Position numbers and translations under genes: made by a program. From Octopus sinensis (lineage: Eukaryota), in assembly GCF_006345805.1 (NCBI RefSeq), contig NW_021825808.1, positions 1 to 14,370 of the forward strand: a stretch of 14,370 nt of DNA, in the 5' to 3' direction. The notes beneath the pieces are model-generated. The model was given only the letters and a program-made list of their open reading frames with translations, searched no databases and was not told the DNA's origin. Positions 10,568 to 14,370 of this stretch are shown in pieces (the first letter of the stretch is position 1; every line of letters starts with the position of its first letter).

Positions 10568-10880
10568 GTAATATTATATTTAATAATGCTGAAGTAAATG
10601 GGGAGGGAGTGAAAGTGAGAAAGAGCAGTAGTTTTGTAAGTCGTTTTTGTTCATTGAAATCTTGTAGGATTTTGCGGGTAGGTATGTGTTTAATGTACGT
10701 GTGTATGTATGTATGTGCGTATATATGGGTCGTGTGTGTGTGGGTGGGCACGTGTTTGTGTGCTTATTTTGTAGCATCAAAACTAATCTATCAGGCACTC
10801 AAATTCTAGCAAATATGGAAATATGGAGAAATGTATTTACGCATAACGCACAAAAGCATATATATATATATATATATATA

Positions 10881-11056
10881 CCAGGAAAGGTTTCTGGCTC
10901 TAAGGGTGTCCCGAAAGGTCTTGCTGGAGGCCCAAGCTTCTTTTACAAGGCTTAGAAAAACTGAAGGACCTCTGCGGTAAGTGTGGGAATCTGAGAACGA
11001 AATATGTTGAATAAAATCATAATTAAGTGATCCTCGTGTATTTTCATTTACCCAAT
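10881..11056 (+). mobile_element. Mariner-derived non-autonomous remnant
   Basis: 10940-11014 translates LLQGLEKLKDLCGKCGNLRTKYVE*, matching the mariner transposase C-terminal pattern GIxKLxxRWxKCxxxxGxYVE*. It abuts (TA)n. The TIRs are eroded. Confidence 0.7.
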
Positions 11057-11239
11057 GTATATTTGTGTATGTACGTATATATGTTTGTACATATGAGTGT
11101 GTGTATGTGTTTGTATGCGTGTGTGTGTGTGTGTTGTGTGTAAATTTGTATTATATACATTTTTCCGTAAATATTTCTATAGTGTACATTATAAAATATT
11201 ATCCTTCCGATTGCATATAAAATTTTTTGATATATATAT

Positions 11240-11452
11240 TTTCGCAAGGACTAGTTCGACGAGTCGTGTTCTATCCTCACCTTCGAAACACGCTGGAGTT
11301 GAACTAGGGACAGCTGATGAAGGGGATTTTTCCTTGTGTAGTTGTCTTGTACTCTGTTTTTTCGTTGTTAAAAAAATGGTCCGTTCCATGCTTGTTTTTA
11401 CTTTTTCGTTTCTCGTTGAGTTTACGTCTATTTGTGGTGTCCTGTACTCACG
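11240..11452 (+). mobile_element. Short non-coding interspersed repeat between (TA) tracts carrying a hammerhead-like motif
   Basis: A complex island flanked by TA repeats, with a structured 5' half and a T-rich 3' half. Organised like the minus-strand 3' end of the 8241-9000 element. Confidence 0.55.
11251..11335 (+). ncRNA. Candidate non-circularly permuted hammerhead ribozyme, intact core
   Basis: CGUGU (11265-69), U11270, CUAUCCU (11271-77), CACCUUC, GAA-ACACG (11285-92), 14 nt, GGGACAG (11307-13), CUGAUGA (11314-20). Stem III is 5 bp. Stem I pairs at 6/7. Stem II is weak. Confidence 0.55.
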
Positions 11453-11624
11453 TATATATATATTTATATATGCATGTATATATACATGTAGCTGTAGGTG
11501 CGTACATATATGTTTGTATGTATGCATATATTTTTTATATACACTATTGTATGACTGAGCGCCCTCGCGTCGATTCGATTCTATTCTATTCGTTTCGTTC
11601 GTTTCTTTCTTCTTCTTCTAAGCT

Positions 11625-11628
<4 letters not shown>

Positions 11629-11677
<49 letters not shown>

Positions 11678-11719
11678 TATAAATATATATATATATATAT
11701 ATGTATCATATATATATAT
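11629..11719. repeat. (TA)n microsatellite
   Basis: Seen directly. Confidence 0.95.
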
Positions 11720-11721
11720 GA

Positions 11722-11900
11722 GAGAGAATATGACAAGGCTGGTCCTCTGAAATACAGGTACAACTCATTTTTGTCAGCTGAATGGACTGGAGCAACGTGA
11801 AATAAAGTGTCTTGCTCAAGGACGCAGTGCACTGCCAGGAATCGAACTCACGACCCTACAATCTTGAGTCGAATACCCTAACCCCTAAGCCACGTGCCTT
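11722..11900 (-). mobile_element. SINE family B (CORE-type), 3'-truncated
   Basis: Minus strand: A-box TGGCTTAGGGG, B-box GAGTTCGATTCC (11838-11849), CORE motif GTCCTTGAGCAAGACACTTTATTTCAC. Confidence 0.85.
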
Positions 11901-11904
11901 CCCA

Positions 11905-12016
11905 ACATACATACATACATACATACATACATACATACATACATACATACATACATACATACATACATACATACACACATACATACACACATACATACAT
12001 ACATACATACATACAT
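11905..12016. repeat. (TACA)n microsatellite
   Basis: Seen directly. Confidence 0.97.
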
Positions 12017-12099
12017 TCAACTGAAACTGATTTATGGAAGCAGGAAAAGTCAGAATGTTATGATTGCATTATCCATCTTTGTATGCAAGATAGAGTTAG

Positions 12100-12640
12100 C
12101 TGAGATAATGGATAATGGGGTGGAATGCGGGTAGATTGGGAGGAAAGATGGGGAGAGCGGATGGAGAAGATGTTAGATGGAAAAAATTGAGAGAGTGGGA
12201 AGGTGGATGATAGATAGGCAGGGTAGATAGTGAATAGAAGAAAAGAGATGATAGAGAGGAGATGAGAGAATTGAATGGGTAAGAGAGATGGGTGGATGGG
12301 TAGAGGGCGAAAGAGAGGACGGTAGGAGAGATTAACGGTTGTGAGGGGAGAGGGTGGAAATCGAGGGTGGAAAGATCGTGTTTGGGAGAAAGATGGTGTA
12401 GTGATAGAGAGAGAGAGAAAGAGAGTGATTTAGAGAGACAAGAGGGAAGATGTGAGTGAATAAAAGAGAATGGGAAGAAAGAAATCAGTGTGCAAATGAG
12501 AGCAACTGTGATAGAGATTGTGCTTGTGAAAGAGAGAGAAAGAGGAATAAAAAAGAAATATAGAAATGTAGATATGAACATAGGGAGAGACAGTGAAAGA
12601 CGGAGAGTGTCAGACTGAGAAACAGAGAGAGAGAAGATCA
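12100..12640. repeat. Purine-rich low-complexity tract (decayed GA/GATA/GGAT repeats)
   Basis: Strong G+A bias and very few C on the + strand over about 540 bp. Confidence 0.8.
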
Positions 12641-12857
12641 AATGTGAGACACCAGCGTGTGATATGAAGTGAGGGATCGATCTGCAAAGGGAATCGGATG
12701 CACAAAAAAAAAAGAAGTGACGACAGTAGAAACTAAATTCTGACTTCGATTATAATTTACTCGAGAAATTACTGTAAGCAGTCGGAGGTGAGACTAATGC
12801 GGTCCCTTGTGAGCTAATTCATTGCATCAATTATTCTGTTAATTTATTACGTTAGCC

Positions 12858-13077
12858 AAGGCAGCTGCGAGCTGGCGGAAACGTTAGCACACAAGACCAA
12901 ATACTAAGCGGAGATTCGTCGGTCTTTACTTTCTGAAATCCCATCCCGCCGAGGTTTACTTTGCCTTTCAATCTTCCGAAGTCGATAAAAATAAGTACCA
13001 GTTGAATACTGAGGTCGATATAATCGACTTAACCCTTTCCACCGAAATTGCTAGCCCTGAGTCAAAACGTGAAACCA
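12858..13077 (+). mobile_element. SINE family A, older copy with an alternative 3' tail
   Basis: GAGCTGGCGGAAACGTTAGCAC...CGCCGAGGTTTACTTTGCCTTTCAATCTTCCGAAGTCGATAAAAATAAGTACCAG...ATCGACTTAA matches 4696-4866 (reverse complement), then diverges. Confidence 0.82.
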
Positions 13078-13083
13078 AACTAT

Positions 13084-13170
13084 GAAGATGCGTGGCCTTT
13101 ACGGTGAGGATACTGCGGGCGCGATCAAAAGATCGTGGATTCCATTACTTGACCGAGAAGCGAGTTGTGC
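13084..13170 (+). mobile_element. Degenerate SINE family B head
   Basis: GCGTGGCCTTTACGGTGAGGATACT...GATCGTGGATTCCATTACTTGACCGAG...GTTGTGC parallels 157-237. Confidence 0.45.
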
Positions 13171-13924
13171 ACAGATCCGATTCCACTCTCGGAACATGGA
13201 CAACATAAACTCGAACAGAAGAACTATTCTACATCATTGACTATTGCCAGTGTCGCAGGTTTTCTCTCAGACTTTCCCTCTCCTAGGGAAATGTTGTGGC
13301 AACAACAAAGGGGTCTCCTATTCCAAGTGGTCCAACCGCGCATCTGGACACCAATCTAGGTATTCCTACGTACCCGTGCATACATACATTCATACATACA
13401 TACATAATGCATACATACACGTATACAAATATTGTCGGATGGCCAGTCTTGCAGGGTGTCTAACAATCACCCTCCTCACCAAGCAAACTTGATGGGGCTG
13501 CCAGTTTAGTCGCCGACGACTCGACCATGCAACAGGTACCAGTACACTTTTTCAAGAATACTAAGAATCGAAAACCCAACCGAATTATTTGAAGTTTGAA
13601 ACCGCAGAAAGTTGTGAAGCGAAAAGCTATTGAAATATGAAGAAATTATGGCGGTAAATCTTGTTGCATGGGTAGGCACTGAGTTCTTTTGTCAAATATT
13701 TATTGTCTGAAGGCAAGATTTGGTTAAAATTTGCAGTGCATAAAATTTGCTATAGCAGTAATTCGATAATCCAATATATTTTATTCAATTCTTGTTCGCT
13801 GTTGATGGTTGTGAGGCTGGATTATGTTCATTTTTAAATCCAATATACGAAGAAAATCCTATAAAATATACGCTTTATTGGTATAGCTAATACGTACAAT
13901 TACGACTGAAAATATTATTGCATT

Positions 13925-14224
13925 TACACACAGAGATACAAACGCACACGCACACGCATGCTTACCAAGAAACGCATGGGAAAGCCAGCATACGCATTGA
14001 TATAATTATGCGCAGGCATAGGTGTGTGTTTGCGTGTGGTCATGTGCGTGCATGTGTGTGTGTCTGTCCGTGTGCGTGTGTCTGAGTCTGTGTGTGTAGG
14101 TTTGTTAAATTTTAAAGAGAGCCAAGTTCGTACTGTTGTAACAGCCATCAGTTTCCTTTACACCCTAATATACCTACATACATATTTGTATGTAGGTGTA
14201 TATATAAATACATATATATATATT

Positions 14225-14262
<38 letters not shown>

Positions 14263-14370
14263 CGTTCATATTTCACATATATATATACGTGTGCACTTCT
14301 AAGCACACACACACAAACACACACACACACACATATATATATATACATATATATAAATACATATATATAT
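13925..14370. repeat. (CA)/(TG)/(TA) microsatellite field
   Basis: Seen directly. Confidence 0.85.

Noticed and set aside
12096-12641. 181-aa Ser/Leu/Pro-rich minus-strand ORF
   Set aside because: It is a by-product of the pyrimidine-rich strand having few stop codons.

Overview
This is a non-coding, repeat-saturated animal genomic window. It is most likely from an octopus or other coleoid cephalopod, inferred from SINE families I recall from octopus genomes and not from a database search. No intact protein-coding gene is supported. Nearly all ORFs in the track are translations of microsatellites ((CA)n, (TA)n, (GATA)n, (TACA)n, (AAT)n, (ATC)n, (GGT)n). Between the microsatellites lie about 10 copies of three tRNA-derived SINE families (two of them nested, with candidate TSDs), two mariner-derived non-autonomous elements, a probable piggyBac-type MITE, and two decayed Penelope-like GIY-YIG endonuclease fragments. 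The most notable signal is in two unrelated repeats embedded in (TA)n tracts (about 11251-11335 on +, about 8362-8428 on -). Both carry hammerhead ribozyme core elements in the same non-circularly permuted order: stemIII-UH-stemI / GAAA-stemIII' / stemI'-CUGANGA. They have an identical 14-nt linker and different stem sequences. The 11.3 kb copy has an intact core, while the 8.4 kb copy has a G12-to-A change.
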